The notes beneath the pieces were generated by a model, which ran no database searches, was not told the origin of the DNA, and saw only the letters and a program-made list of their open reading frames with translations. This document shows, one piece after another, positions 28,049 to 37,944 of a stretch of DNA of 64,000 bases. The first letter of the stretch is position 1; each line of letters starts with the position of its first letter. The stretch lies in assembly GCA_963701305.1 (NCBI GenBank), contig OY969586.1, forward strand, positions 1,074,690 through 1,138,689. Reading direction: 5' to 3'. A program made the translations under genes and the position numbers. The DNA is from Candidatus Aminicenantes bacterium. Its GTDB lineage: Bacteria > Acidobacteriota > Aminicenantia > Aminicenantales > CAVYOD01.

Positions 28049-31000
28049 ATGATCAGCCAATCGCTACGGAATATTATTGCGGCGGTTTTGTTCGCCGCTC
28101 TGCTCATCACCGCGGGAAGCGTGGTCAAAGGCAGGCAGGCTGGGCCGATGCAAGAGAAAACGACGCAGGAGCTCTGGAAAAAGGTCGCAGAAGCTGAAAA
28201 GAGCGGGCTTCCGAAAACGGCCGCTGATTATCTCAAGCAGATCGCGGCGATGGCCCTCCGGCAAAAACGATATGGGGAATCACTCCGCGCCCTCACCAGG
28301 CAGATCATTCTGGAATCAGTCATCAAGGGGAACAAGCCGGAGGTTCGAGTCGCCCGGCTGCAGGAGGAAATGGAGAAAGCGCCGGCGGAAATGAAGCCCA
28401 TGATGAAGCTCATCCAAGCCCAGTGGTATTGGCATTACTATTCGCGAAATAAATGGAGGTTCATGAACCGCACCGCGACAGAGGGGTTCGATGAAAAGGA
28501 CTTCACCACCTGGGACCTGCCCAAGCTGTTCCGGGCGATCGACTTCCTCTACCGAGAGATCCTGAAAGATGAAGCGGATCTCAAGAAGGAGGCGCTCTCC
28601 TCTTGGAAAAACCTTCTGATCGAAGGGAATCGGCCTCCAGCGCTTCGCCCGACCGTTTTCGATTTCGCAGTCTTCGAAGCCCTGGACTTTTACACCTCGG
28701 GAGAGCAATCCGCACTCCCGGAAGACGCATTTTTCATCCAGGCTGATTCCGACGCCCTCGCCCCGGCCGGCCAGTTTCTCAAATACGTGCCGGAGACGAC
28801 CGATCTGGATTCCCCCAAGCTCCAGGCCCTTAGGCTTTTCCAAAAGGTGATGTCTTTTCACCTCGAAGACGGAAACAGGGACGTCTTTCTGGATGCGGAC
28901 CTCCAGCGCCTGGGTTTCGTCAAAAACGTAGCCGCGGGTGAGGGTGCCTCCGACCGGTACCTGGCACGGCTGAAAGAGATTGCTGAGGCCTCCCCCTCCT
29001 CCGAGCTTTCGAGCTTGGCTCTGTACCACATGGCCCAGGAATTGTACGATCGAGAACAACCGGTCGAGGCGTACGCACTCGCCGACCGCGCTCAGAAATC
29101 GCATCCCTCTTCTCTGGGCGCCTCCAACAGCAGGGCTCTGTTGGCTAGGATTACGGCCAAGGAATTTGAGCTGCGCTGCGAAGCCGTTCTCCGGCCCGGC
29201 TCTCCGGGGAAGCTGGGGCTCGAATATCGAAATATCTCCTCCCTTCATCTCCGGGTCATCCAAGACGATATCTCGGCGCTCCTGGCCAGAAAAGACGGAG
29301 AGAGTCTTCTCTGGCCTTCGAATGAATTCGTCCGGGGACTTGTCCGACGAGCTCCGGCCGCCCGTTGGACCGCGAGCCTCAAACCCACTCCAGACTATAA
29401 AAAGAAAACCGCCTTCCTTGAAATTCCTCCTTTAAAGCCCGGATTCTACTGGATCTTCGCCAGCTTCCGGGAAAGCTTTTCCTGGGAGGAGAACAAGGTC
29501 CAGGTGGCCTCATTCTGGGTCAGCGACCTGGGTCTGGTCACGCGAGGCGTGGCCGGCGGCCTGCAGGGATACGTTGTCCGCAACCAAGCAGGGACACCCG
29601 TGGAATCCGCCGAGGTCACACTCTATAATTGGAATTACAACAGCTCGGCCTTCCAAAAAGTGGGCAGTGCACGGACCGACAACCTGGGTTCTTTTTCCCT
29701 GAGCCTGCCCGATTCCTACTCCAATCGTATCGTCCTCGTCCGGGAGGCGCAGGGGGCCGAGCTCGCCGAGGTCGAGGTGCCCTCCCCATCCTCCCGAACC
29801 GAAAACCCAACCGCGATCTGTGTATTCTTCACCGACAGGTCGATGTATCGTCCCGGACAGATGATCTTCTTCAAAGGCATTTGCCTCAGTGTGGACAAAG
29901 CGCAAAACGATTACAGGCTCCTGCCGAAGCAAAGAGCAAGAGTCGCTTTCCGCGATGTGAACCATCAGGAGATCGCCAATCTCGACCTGGTCAGCAACGA
30001 GTTCGGCTCATTGAGCGGAACTTTTATCGCCCCCGCGGACCGATTGACCGGTCAGATGACGATCTCGACTGAATCGCCCCGTGGCTCTTGTTCAGTCAGG
30101 GTCGAGGAATACAAGCGTCCCAAGTTCGAGGTGAAGCTAAACGTCCCAGCGCAAGAATTCAGGCTGAACGATCAGATTGCCCTCCCCGGCGAGGCCATGG
30201 CCTACACGGGCGCGCCGGTGGACGGCGCGTTGGTTAAGTATCGGGTCGTCCGTGAAGTCCAGTACCCCTGGTGGTGGTTCTACTGGTCCGGTTGGTCGGC
30301 GAGAAGCCAGAGCCAGGAAATTGCCCACGGTATCATGAGAACCGACGAAACGGGTAAGTTCAGCGTTGGCTTCCAGGCCAAGCCGGATCCTTCAGTTCCG
30401 GCTTCCAGCGGCCCGACTTTCCAATACAAGGCGTACGTGGATGTCACCGACAGTGCCGGCGAAACACGCAGTGCGCAAGGCGGCGTGCGGTTGGGATATG
30501 CCTCGCTCGAGGCGGGCATGGGCTGCCGGGATTGGCAGGAGACGGGAAAGCCGGTCATCCTATCCGTCACGACCACGACGCTGAATTATAAGAAAGTGGC
30601 GGCGAGGGGAACGATCGAGGTGTTCAACCTGAACGGGCCGGAAAAGCCGGTGCCCGCAGATTTGATCGGCGAGGTGGCTTTCCGTGAACAGGAAGTGTCG
30701 AGAGGGAAGACGTTTCAAGGGCTCAGCGACACGGCCGATTGGAAGAAGTGGCCCGAAGGCCGGATGGCCGCCACAAAAGAATTTATCACTTCCGAAAAAG
30801 ACGATGTCCCGTGCACTCTTCCGTTCGACCTCAAGAAAGGCGCCTACAAGGCGAAGCTCAAGACTCAAGATAAATACGGTACGGCTGTCGAGAGCTATCT
30901 TTATTTCATCGTCCTCGATCCTGCCGAAAATAAGTTCCCACTCAAGATCCCCTTCTTCAACTCGTCGAAGGGCTCAACCGCCGAAGTGGGCCAGACGTAT

Positions 31001-34000
31001 GAAACACTTTGGGGGACGGGACATGAAAAAGGTCCGGTTCTGGTCGAGGTCTTCCAGAACAACGCCTGGCGGCAACGGTCTTGGATGCCACCTCAACAAA
31101 CCCAAGGCGTCCTCCGGGTGGCCGTGGATGAAAGCCTGAGGGGCGGCTTTACGGTCGCCATCTCTATGGTCAAAGAAAACCGATTTTATCGAAGCGAACA
31201 ACGCGTCAATGTTCCCTGGTCAAACAAAGTCCTCGACCTCCGCTGGCTGACCTTCCGTTCCAAGCTCAGACCGGGACAAGCGGAGACCTGGTCGGTGCAG
31301 ATCAAAGGCCCTCAGATGGCGCTCAGAGCCGCCGAGATGGTGGCCACGTTGTACGACGCATCCCTCGATCAATTCTATCGTCACGGCTTTCCGGGGATGA
31401 TCGGAGTCTTCCGGACGGATTGGACCTACGTGGCCTCGAATTTTGCGAACAGACGGCACGACCTCCAGACTTTCGTTGATCTTCTGAACTCATACCCGAG
31501 TTTCATATCGATCATCTACGTCCACTTTCCGCCCGACATCGAAGAGGATGCTTACGGATACGCCTACCCGCGCGCAGCCAGGGAACAATTGGCAGCGAGC
31601 CCTGCGGCCGCCGAAAAAAACAAGGATTTGGAAGGAAAAGTTCTCGGCGGAGTGGTCGGGGGCGTCTTGGGCGGTGTTGTCGGGGAAGCGGAAGCCAAAA
31701 AGGCCGCGGAAATAGACCTCACCAGTGTGCAGGCTCGGAAAAACCTGAACGAAACGGCCTTTTTCTATCCCCATCTTCTGACCGACAAAAAGGGCGTCGT
31801 AACTCTGGAGTTCAAGATACCCGAAGCGCTCACCCAGTGGCGCTTCCTCGGGTTCGCCCACACCAAAGACCTGGAAAGCGGATCTCTAGAGGCGACCGCC
31901 GTCACCCAGAAAGAGCTGATGGTCCAACCCAACCCGCCTCGGTTTCTGCGGGAGGGAGACAACCTCGAGTTCACTGTCAAGGTGACCAACATGGCCGAAA
32001 AAGAGGCCGAGGGCGCGGTCGAGCTCGCCTTTTTTGACCCGAGAACCGAGAAGCCGCTTGATGCCGCGCTGGGCAATCGCACAAAAAAGCTTGCTTTTAC
32101 GATTCCGGCCAAACAATCGCGGTCATTTTCCTGGCCGGTGGCCGTGCCAGACGGCCTGGATCTCGTGAGCTATAAAGCCGTCGCAGCCACGCCCGGCTTT
32201 TCAGACGGCGAAGAGGGCGTGCTTCCCATTCTGAGCCGCCGGCTTCTCGTCCGCGAATCCGTCCCCCTCTGGATCAGCGACCAGGGCGAAAAGAAATTCA
32301 CTTTCGAAAAGCTGGTGGCGTCCGCCGGATCCAAGACCCTCCGGAACATCGGGCTGGTCGTCCAGATGGCTTCCAACCCGGCTTGGTACGCCGTCCAGGC
32401 CCTCCCCTTCCTCATGGAATTTCCTTATGAGTGTTCCGAGCAAGTTTTCAACCGGCTTTACGCTAACAGCCTGGCTCAAAAGATAGCCAACTCCAACCCC
32501 AAAATCCGGAGAATTTTCGACCTCTGGAAAGGGACCGAGGCGCTCAAATCCAACCTCGAAAAGAACGAGGACTTGAAAAGTGTCCTTCTCCAGGAAACTC
32601 CCTGGGTGCTTGAATCCAAGGCCGAGACCCAAGCCAAGCACAACATCGGCCTCCTCTTCGATGAAAACCGGATGGGCCTCGAGATCAAGCAGGCCCTCGG
32701 GAAACTCGCCAACATGCAGCTCTCCGACGGCTCCTGGCCCTGGTTCCCCGGCGGCCGCGGGAACAGCTACATCACGCTCTACATTCTGACCGGGTTCGGC
32801 AGGCTGAAACATCTGGAGGTCTCCTCTGTCTCCCAGGCAACAGCCGAAAAAGCACTCGGCCACCTGGACGGCTGGATTCGGGAGATTTACGAGGACATCA
32901 TGCGCTCCGGAAACCAGGACCAAAACCACCTCAGCCCGGTCGCGGCGCTGTACCTTTACGGCCGGAGTTTTTATCTGACCACAAGGCCGATTCCCGAGGC
33001 CAGCCGAAAGGCCGTCGATTACTTCCTCAAACAAGGGGAAAGGTATTGGCTGCAACTCGACTGCCGCATGAGCCAGGCGCATTTGGCTCTCGCCCTGAAG
33101 AGATTTGGGGACGAGCCGACCGCTCAAAAAATCATGCATTCCATGAAAGAGCGCAGCCAGCTGGACCAAGAAATGGGCCGGTTCTGGAGCGAGCTCGAGT
33201 ATTCCTGGTGGTGGTATCGCGCCCCGATCGAAACTCAGTCGGTCATGATCGAGGCGTTCGACGAGATTATGAACGACCAGAAGGCGGTTGAGGAATGCAG
33301 GGTTTGGCTCCTTAAGCAAAAACAGACCCAGGATTGGAAGACGACCAAGGCCACGGCCGACGCCGTGTACGGCCTCGTCCTGAGGGGAACGGATCTTCTA
33401 GCCTCTGACAGTATTGTCGAGGTCAGCCTGGCAGGCAAAAATATCGAGCCGGAGAAAGTCGAGCCCGGCACGGGATTCTATGAGAAAAGGTTCGAACCGG
33501 GAGTGATCGTGCCCGCCATGGGAAACATCCTGGTGAAGAAAGCTGACAAGGGCATCGCCTGGGGCGGCGTCCACTGGCAATACATGGAGGATGTTTCCAA
33601 GATCACACCGCACAGCCAGAACCCGCTCCGGCTGAAAAAATCCGTTTTCGCCCAGAGGCTGACCAAGAAAGGCCCGGTCATCGAACCCGCGCAGGCGCCT
33701 CTTCATGTCGGCGACACGCTGATCATCCGCATTGAGCTGCGCACGGACAGAGACATGGAGTACATTCACCTGAAAGATCACCGCGGCAGCGGCCTTGAAC
33801 CGGTTAATGTGCTTTCCCAATATAAATATCAGGGGGGACTCCTCTATTATGAATCGACCAAGGACACGGCCACCCATTTCTTCATCGACTATCTGCCCAA
33901 GGGGACCTATGTCTTCGAATATCCGCTCCGGGTTGTCCACCGCGGCGCTTATCAGAACGGCCTGGCTCATATCGAGTGCATGTATGCTCCGGAATTCAAC

Positions 34001-34036
34001 AGCCACTCTGAGAGCCTGGAGCTGGAGGTCAAGTAG
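28049..34036 (+). CDS. Bacterial alpha-2-macroglobulin family protein (about 1995 aa; MG domains plus thioester-type domain).
   Basis: Size, signal peptide, MG-domain motifs (PGQMIFFKGI) and a thioester-like box FPYECSEQ (CSEQ at 32432..32443, versus CLEQ/CGEQ consensus). Start set at ATG with GAGGAGG RBS. The ORF track begins at 28016. Confidence 0.8.
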   Translation: MISQSLRNIIAAVLFAALLITAGSVVKGRQAGPMQEKTTQELWKKVAEAEKSGLPKTAADYLKQIAAMALRQKRYGESLRALTRQIILESVIKGNKPEVRVARLQEEMEKAPAEMKPMMKLIQAQWYWHYYSRNKWRFMNRTATEGFDEKDFTTWDLPKLFRAIDFLYREILKDEADLKKEALSSWKNLLIEGNRPPALRPTVFDFAVFEALDFYTSGEQSALPEDAFFIQADSDALAPAGQFLKYVPETTDLDSPKLQALRLFQKVMSFHLEDGNRDVFLDADLQRLGFVKNVAAGEGASDRYLARLKEIAEASPSSELSSLALYHMAQELYDREQPVEAYALADRAQKSHPSSLGASNSRALLARITAKEFELRCEAVLRPGSPGKLGLEYRNISSLHLRVIQDDISALLARKDGESLLWPSNEFVRGLVRRAPAARWTASLKPTPDYKKKTAFLEIPPLKPGFYWIFASFRESFSWEENKVQVASFWVSDLGLVTRGVAGGLQGYVVRNQAGTPVESAEVTLYNWNYNSSAFQKVGSARTDNLGSFSLSLPDSYSNRIVLVREAQGAELAEVEVPSPSSRTENPTAICVFFTDRSMYRPGQMIFFKGICLSVDKAQNDYRLLPKQRARVAFRDVNHQEIANLDLVSNEFGSLSGTFIAPADRLTGQMTISTESPRGSCSVRVEEYKRPKFEVKLNVPAQEFRLNDQIALPGEAMAYTGAPVDGALVKYRVVREVQYPWWWFYWSGWSARSQSQEIAHGIMRTDETGKFSVGFQAKPDPSVPASSGPTFQYKAYVDVTDSAGETRSAQGGVRLGYASLEAGMGCRDWQETGKPVILSVTTTTLNYKKVAARGTIEVFNLNGPEKPVPADLIGEVAFREQEVSRGKTFQGLSDTADWKKWPEGRMAATKEFITSEKDDVPCTLPFDLKKGAYKAKLKTQDKYGTAVESYLYFIVLDPAENKFPLKIPFFNSSKGSTAEVGQTYETLWGTGHEKGPVLVEVFQNNAWRQRSWMPPQQTQGVLRVAVDESLRGGFTVAISMVKENRFYRSEQRVNVPWSNKVLDLRWLTFRSKLRPGQAETWSVQIKGPQMALRAAEMVATLYDASLDQFYRHGFPGMIGVFRTDWTYVASNFANRRHDLQTFVDLLNSYPSFISIIYVHFPPDIEEDAYGYAYPRAAREQLAASPAAAEKNKDLEGKVLGGVVGGVLGGVVGEAEAKKAAEIDLTSVQARKNLNETAFFYPHLLTDKKGVVTLEFKIPEALTQWRFLGFAHTKDLESGSLEATAVTQKELMVQPNPPRFLREGDNLEFTVKVTNMAEKEAEGAVELAFFDPRTEKPLDAALGNRTKKLAFTIPAKQSRSFSWPVAVPDGLDLVSYKAVAATPGFSDGEEGVLPILSRRLLVRESVPLWISDQGEKKFTFEKLVASAGSKTLRNIGLVVQMASNPAWYAVQALPFLMEFPYECSEQVFNRLYANSLAQKIANSNPKIRRIFDLWKGTEALKSNLEKNEDLKSVLLQETPWVLESKAETQAKHNIGLLFDENRMGLEIKQALGKLANMQLSDGSWPWFPGGRGNSYITLYILTGFGRLKHLEVSSVSQATAEKALGHLDGWIREIYEDIMRSGNQDQNHLSPVAALYLYGRSFYLTTRPIPEASRKAVDYFLKQGERYWLQLDCRMSQAHLALALKRFGDEPTAQKIMHSMKERSQLDQEMGRFWSELEYSWWWYRAPIETQSVMIEAFDEIMNDQKAVEECRVWLLKQKQTQDWKTTKATADAVYGLVLRGTDLLASDSIVEVSLAGKNIEPEKVEPGTGFYEKRFEPGVIVPAMGNILVKKADKGIAWGGVHWQYMEDVSKITPHSQNPLRLKKSVFAQRLTKKGPVIEPAQAPLHVGDTLIIRIELRTDRDMEYIHLKDHRGSGLEPVNVLSQYKYQGGLLYYESTKDTATHFFIDYLPKGTYVFEYPLRVVHRGAYQNGLAHIECMYAPEFNSHSESLELEVK

Positions 34037-34050
34037 GGGCGGATCGAACA

Positions 34051-34150
34051 TCCCTTCAATGATCAGCCTGTCGGTTTGTCCGACGGGGGAACCGAGGGGA
34101 CTGTTTCCTGGGGGTGCGGGGGCAAAGGGGTGGCCTCCGGCGCAAACTTG
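34051..34150. repeat. Structured repeat element, copy 2. The left outer arm is degenerate.
   Basis: CCTGTCGGTTTGTCCGACGGGGGAACCGAGGGGACTGTTTCC...GGGGTGGCCTCCGGCGCAAACTTG. More than 85% identical to the core of the 25981..26111 element. Confidence 0.55.
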
Positions 34151-34184
34151 AACTGAGATGTCGCAGGTGGTTATTTAGCTGGTA

Positions 34185-35210
34185 TTAGCTGCTTTTTTTG
34201 TTCTTCGCCAAAAAATAATCGTAGGCGGACCGGGCGATAACTCCCATTTTGTGTTTGATTTCGTAGTGGATCTCTTTGAGGTCGTTCCCCCAGAGGCAGA
34301 TGATGAGGTGGCCGGCCTTTTCTGGGAGCCAGATCACCGCTGAATCAAGCAAGGCCGTGTTATCGCCGGACTTGACTAAACTGCCTCCCTTCCGGGCGAT
34401 CTCGGTGAGGTAGGGAAGATAACGCAGGATCAGCTCGGCTCCGGTGTGATTCTTCATCGTCTCAAGAATCTGATCGCTTGTCGTCCGGTCCACGATCTCT
34501 CCCTTCACGCATTTCTCCAGGAGCAAACTGATCTCTAAAGGAGTCGACGTGTTGTGCAGGGAAGATTCAAAGGCCTTCTGCTTGTCAAGGCATTCTCTGC
34601 TCGTCCAATAGGATTCAGGAACTTGCGCCAGCTCGGCGATGGTCAGGCGTTTCGAAGGGTCTAGCCCGAGAAAAGCCAAGATGACCTGGCGGGTGTCATA
34701 ATCGATCGTTGTGTTTTTCAATCCGAGCTCGCTCATGTAATCCGAAATCGCTTGCGCAGTGACCAGCTGAAATAGGATATCGGTGGCCGTATTGTCGGAT
34801 CGCGCCATCATCAGGAGCTGCAGGTCCTGGACGGAGATATTGAGACCGGGTTTCATGGAAACCATGAGCCCGCCGCCGTACGTCTTCATCCGCTCTTCAA
34901 AGTTGATCCGGTCGTCGAGAGATATCTTGCCGAGATGAATTTGCCTGTAAAGCGTGAGCAGGACGGGAATCTTAAAAACGCTGGCCAGCTGGAAGCGGCG
35001 GTTCTCATTGAACCCTAGGGATTCGCCCGATTGGACGTGTTTGATATAGACGCCCATCGTTCCTTGGATCTTATCGATCTGGTCCTTGACCACCTGTTCC
35101 AGCTCGGCTTTGGTCTTTGGAGCCTTGAACTGAAAATCCTGGGGCGAGGCAATAACCAGCCCCCCGCAAAAGCCTACTAAAACGAAAAAAATAATCAATC
35201 TTTCGGACAT
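34185..35210 (-). CDS. Class A beta-lactamase-like serine hydrolase, secreted.
   Basis: Signal peptide. S-x-x-K (ASVFK). SDN loop (RSDNTATD). Confidence 0.65.
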   Translation of the reverse strand: MSERLIIFFVLVGFCGGLVIASPQDFQFKAPKTKAELEQVVKDQIDKIQGTMGVYIKHVQSGESLGFNENRRFQLASVFKIPVLLTLYRQIHLGKISLDDRINFEERMKTYGGGLMVSMKPGLNISVQDLQLLMMARSDNTATDILFQLVTAQAISDYMSELGLKNTTIDYDTRQVILAFLGLDPSKRLTIAELAQVPESYWTSRECLDKQKAFESSLHNTSTPLEISLLLEKCVKGEIVDRTTSDQILETMKNHTGAELILRYLPYLTEIARKGGSLVKSGDNTALLDSAVIWLPEKAGHLIICLWGNDLKEIHYEIKHKMGVIARSAYDYFLAKNKKSS

Positions 35211-35234
35211 CAGGCCCTCCTTTCAGCTAAGTAA

Positions 35235-35350
35235 CCGGGGACGTTTCCCACGCCGACAGCCTCGAATCTTCAAGCACGGTTCTCATGGCAGCCAAACTGG
35301 AAACCTAATGAATGGAAACCAAAGAGTGTCCCCCTGGGGAACGTCCCTCA
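35235..35350. repeat. MITE-like inverted-repeat element, copy A (arms GGGGACGTTTCCCACG ... GTGTCCCCCTGGGGAACGTCCCTCAG).
   Basis: Terminal inverted repeats related to the copies at 52387..52504 and 61617..61737. The spacer is ~70 bp. Confidence 0.5.
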
Positions 35351-35428
35351 GTTTTTGATATTATATTTTGGGTGCTGGGACTTGACAACACAAAAAATAT
35401 CCTATAAAAGGTGGACGAGGGGGAGGTT

Positions 35429-36109
35429 ATGAACGAACGGGCAAACAACCCATTTGAAGTCCCGGCAACGATCAGCGAGACAATCTACAAGTACCTCAAG
35501 AAGGCCATCATCGAGGGCGAGTTCAAGCCTAATCAAAGAGTCCAAGAGAAAGAAATCGCGGGGCTTTTCAACGTGAGCACGACGCCGGTCCGCGAATCCT
35601 TCCGCAGGCTCGCGGCCGAAAAGTTCCTGACGATCGACGCCCGGCGCGGTATCGTTGTCATTTCAACCAGCCTGGACGAGATCAAAGACCTCTTTGAAGT
35701 CGTCACCATCCTCGATGTCTTCGCTACGAAGAGGGCGATGATGAGTCTGCCTCGCGAGGCCATAAACCAGTTGAAGGAGATGACCCGCGAGCTTGGAGAA
35801 CCATACCGCGAAAAACAGATCCTCTCCTATGTCAAAAAGAACTTCGAGATTCATTTCAAGATCTGGGAGTACTGCGGAAACGAGTTCCTGAGACGGGCCC
35901 TCACGGATTACGGAGAAAAAATCGTCTTCCATATGAACCAATTCTTCCTGCTTCTTCCCGAGCAGGCGTCCTATTTTGATAGGTCCTACAGAGACCATCT
36001 GGATCTTCTCGGGGCCGTAGAAAACAAGGATGAGGTTCAGGTTGAGAGGATCCTTCTTTCCCATTGGGGAAAAAACTTTTTTGGGGAGACGGATTCAAAA
36101 AGTGAGTGA
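35429..36109 (+). CDS. GntR-family transcriptional regulator (FadR/FCD subfamily).
   Basis: N-terminal winged HTH (VQEKEIAGLFNVSTTPVRESFRRLAAEKFL) and C-terminal FCD-like helical domain. RBS GGGGGAGG. Confidence 0.8.
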   Translation: MNERANNPFEVPATISETIYKYLKKAIIEGEFKPNQRVQEKEIAGLFNVSTTPVRESFRRLAAEKFLTIDARRGIVVISTSLDEIKDLFEVVTILDVFATKRAMMSLPREAINQLKEMTRELGEPYREKQILSYVKKNFEIHFKIWEYCGNEFLRRALTDYGEKIVFHMNQFFLLLPEQASYFDRSYRDHLDLLGAVENKDEVQVERILLSHWGKNFFGETDSKSE

Positions 36110-36180
36110 GCAAGCAGCCATCCCCCTTTCTGGCGAACTTAAAGATTGACCTGGCTTTTGTTCTGGGTTAAAAAGAATCC

Positions 36181-37668
36181 GTGAAAAGACATTTGGCTCC
36201 CATCCTTGGTTTCATTTTTGTCCTTGTCTTTGCGTCCTTTGATGCTCCAGGAAGTGCATCGCAGACGGAAAGAAAGGGAGAGCCTCTGAGTGAAGCATCG
36301 AAGCAGTGGCTGGACGAGGCCGTCCCCTACATCGTCACGACCAAGGAAAAAGAGGTTTTCCTCAGCCTTCCCACAGAAGCCGATCGCGGACGGTTCATCG
36401 AGATGTTCTGGAAGAAAAGAGACCCCAACCCCCAGACCCCCGAGAATGAGTACAAAATCGAGTTTTACAAGCGTATCGCCGCGGCCAATAAGCTTTTCGG
36501 GACAGGGGGCCTCACCGGCTGGAGAACGGACAGAGGGAAGATCTATATTCTCCTCGGCCCGCCCAAGGAAATACAACGAGACTCGAATCCTCAGCCCCAA
36601 GGGGCCACTCTGGTCTCCGTTTTCCAAGGGCCCAAAGAAACCTGGCAGTATTGGGGGCTTCCCAATCCCAACCTTCCCTACAATATGGAATTTGTCTTTG
36701 TTGATAAATTTGGCACCGGAAATTACATGCTGGAAAACACCTTCCAGGTCGAAACCGGACGGAACAGACCCTTTGATTCCAGCGACCTGACCTACCAATT
36801 CGACTACCAGGAATTGTTGGCCGAGGCCCAAAAGAACCCGTTCGAGGGCTTCGACAAGCTCAAGGAGATCATCACCACCCAGGTCAGCTACACGAACATC
36901 CCCTTCAGGTCGGAGGTCTTCTATCTCAAAGGAGCCGAGAAAAAGACACTCATTCCCCTGACGCTTGAAATCTCGACGGCCGCTCTCGCCTCCAAAAAAA
37001 TCGAGGCCCGGGAATTCTTTTCGCTGAGCCTGGTCCTCAACGTCAGCAACCCGCTCGGCCAACTGGTTTTCGAAAAGAGCCGCGACCTGAATTTCCGGAA
37101 GGCCGACGGGGAGGCGGGTTCGGCACAAAACAAAGCTTTCGAAGTCGAGACGGCACTAGAACTGGAGCCCGGCCGGTACAAGCTCCATCTTCTCCTCCTT
37201 GATAACTTCAGCGGCAAAGTCGGAACAGTCCACGAAGACCTGAGTGTGCCTTCGTTCGGAGGCCAAGAACTCGCCCTGAGCTCAGTCCTCCTCTCGTCTG
37301 GGGCTGCCGAGAGTGTCCGGAACAGGGAGGAAGATCGGCCCCAAGAAAAAACCGAGATGCGGACCGGCCGTGTGTTCCATAGCGGCGAGGAGCTCAACGT
37401 CTACTTTGAGGTTTATAACCTCTCGTTGGACCAGACGACGGGCCTCAACAAGTTCAGGGCTGATTATTCCTTTCTTCAGGGAGGGGCGCCTCTGATCCAG
37501 GTGCCTCCGTCGGCAACAAAACCCAGCCCGGAGAAGGATTGCCGAGTCCGGGTTTCCTTCCGGCTGAAGAATTTCAAGCCGGGAGAATACAATTTCAGGG
37601 TCAGAGTGATCGATGAGCCGTCGGGGAAATCGGTGATCCGCGAGACCTCACTCCTTATCTTGGATTAG
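36181..37668 (+). CDS. GWxTD-domain secreted protein.
   Basis: Signal peptide and the hallmark GWRTDRGKIYILLGPP (GWxTD domain, described mainly from Acidobacteria). GTG start. Confidence 0.8.
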   Translation: MKRHLAPILGFIFVLVFASFDAPGSASQTERKGEPLSEASKQWLDEAVPYIVTTKEKEVFLSLPTEADRGRFIEMFWKKRDPNPQTPENEYKIEFYKRIAAANKLFGTGGLTGWRTDRGKIYILLGPPKEIQRDSNPQPQGATLVSVFQGPKETWQYWGLPNPNLPYNMEFVFVDKFGTGNYMLENTFQVETGRNRPFDSSDLTYQFDYQELLAEAQKNPFEGFDKLKEIITTQVSYTNIPFRSEVFYLKGAEKKTLIPLTLEISTAALASKKIEAREFFSLSLVLNVSNPLGQLVFEKSRDLNFRKADGEAGSAQNKAFEVETALELEPGRYKLHLLLLDNFSGKVGTVHEDLSVPSFGGQELALSSVLLSSGAAESVRNREEDRPQEKTEMRTGRVFHSGEELNVYFEVYNLSLDQTTGLNKFRADYSFLQGGAPLIQVPPSATKPSPEKDCRVRVSFRLKNFKPGEYNFRVRVIDEPSGKSVIRETSLLILD

Positions 37669-37944
37669 CCATTTGTTCAAAAGATTCGGGGCGGAGGTTC
37701 AAACGAAAAACAAGTTTTTGAGACCGAGCTAGATAGAAAATTCCTGACCCTCGGAGGAAAGGCCGAAACCCAAGTCGATCAGTCTTCGATGGGCCGTGCC
37801 CTCTGGCGGAAGGGCGAGGTTCGAGTGGTTGAGGTGGGTGAAAAAAACCTCAGTCCCATTCCTCGTTCTCGGCCTCTCAAGAATCTCCATTGTATGAGTC
37901 ATCAAGGGGTGCCCGATCTTGCTCAGATCGCGGCCGGGCAGCTC

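Noticed and set aside
28316-33319. Long minus-strand ORFs (28316..29263, 32201..33319, 33398..34051) inside the alpha-2-macroglobulin gene.
   Set aside because: Shadow ORFs typical of high-GC coding DNA. The + strand frame has coherent domain homology over ~6 kb.
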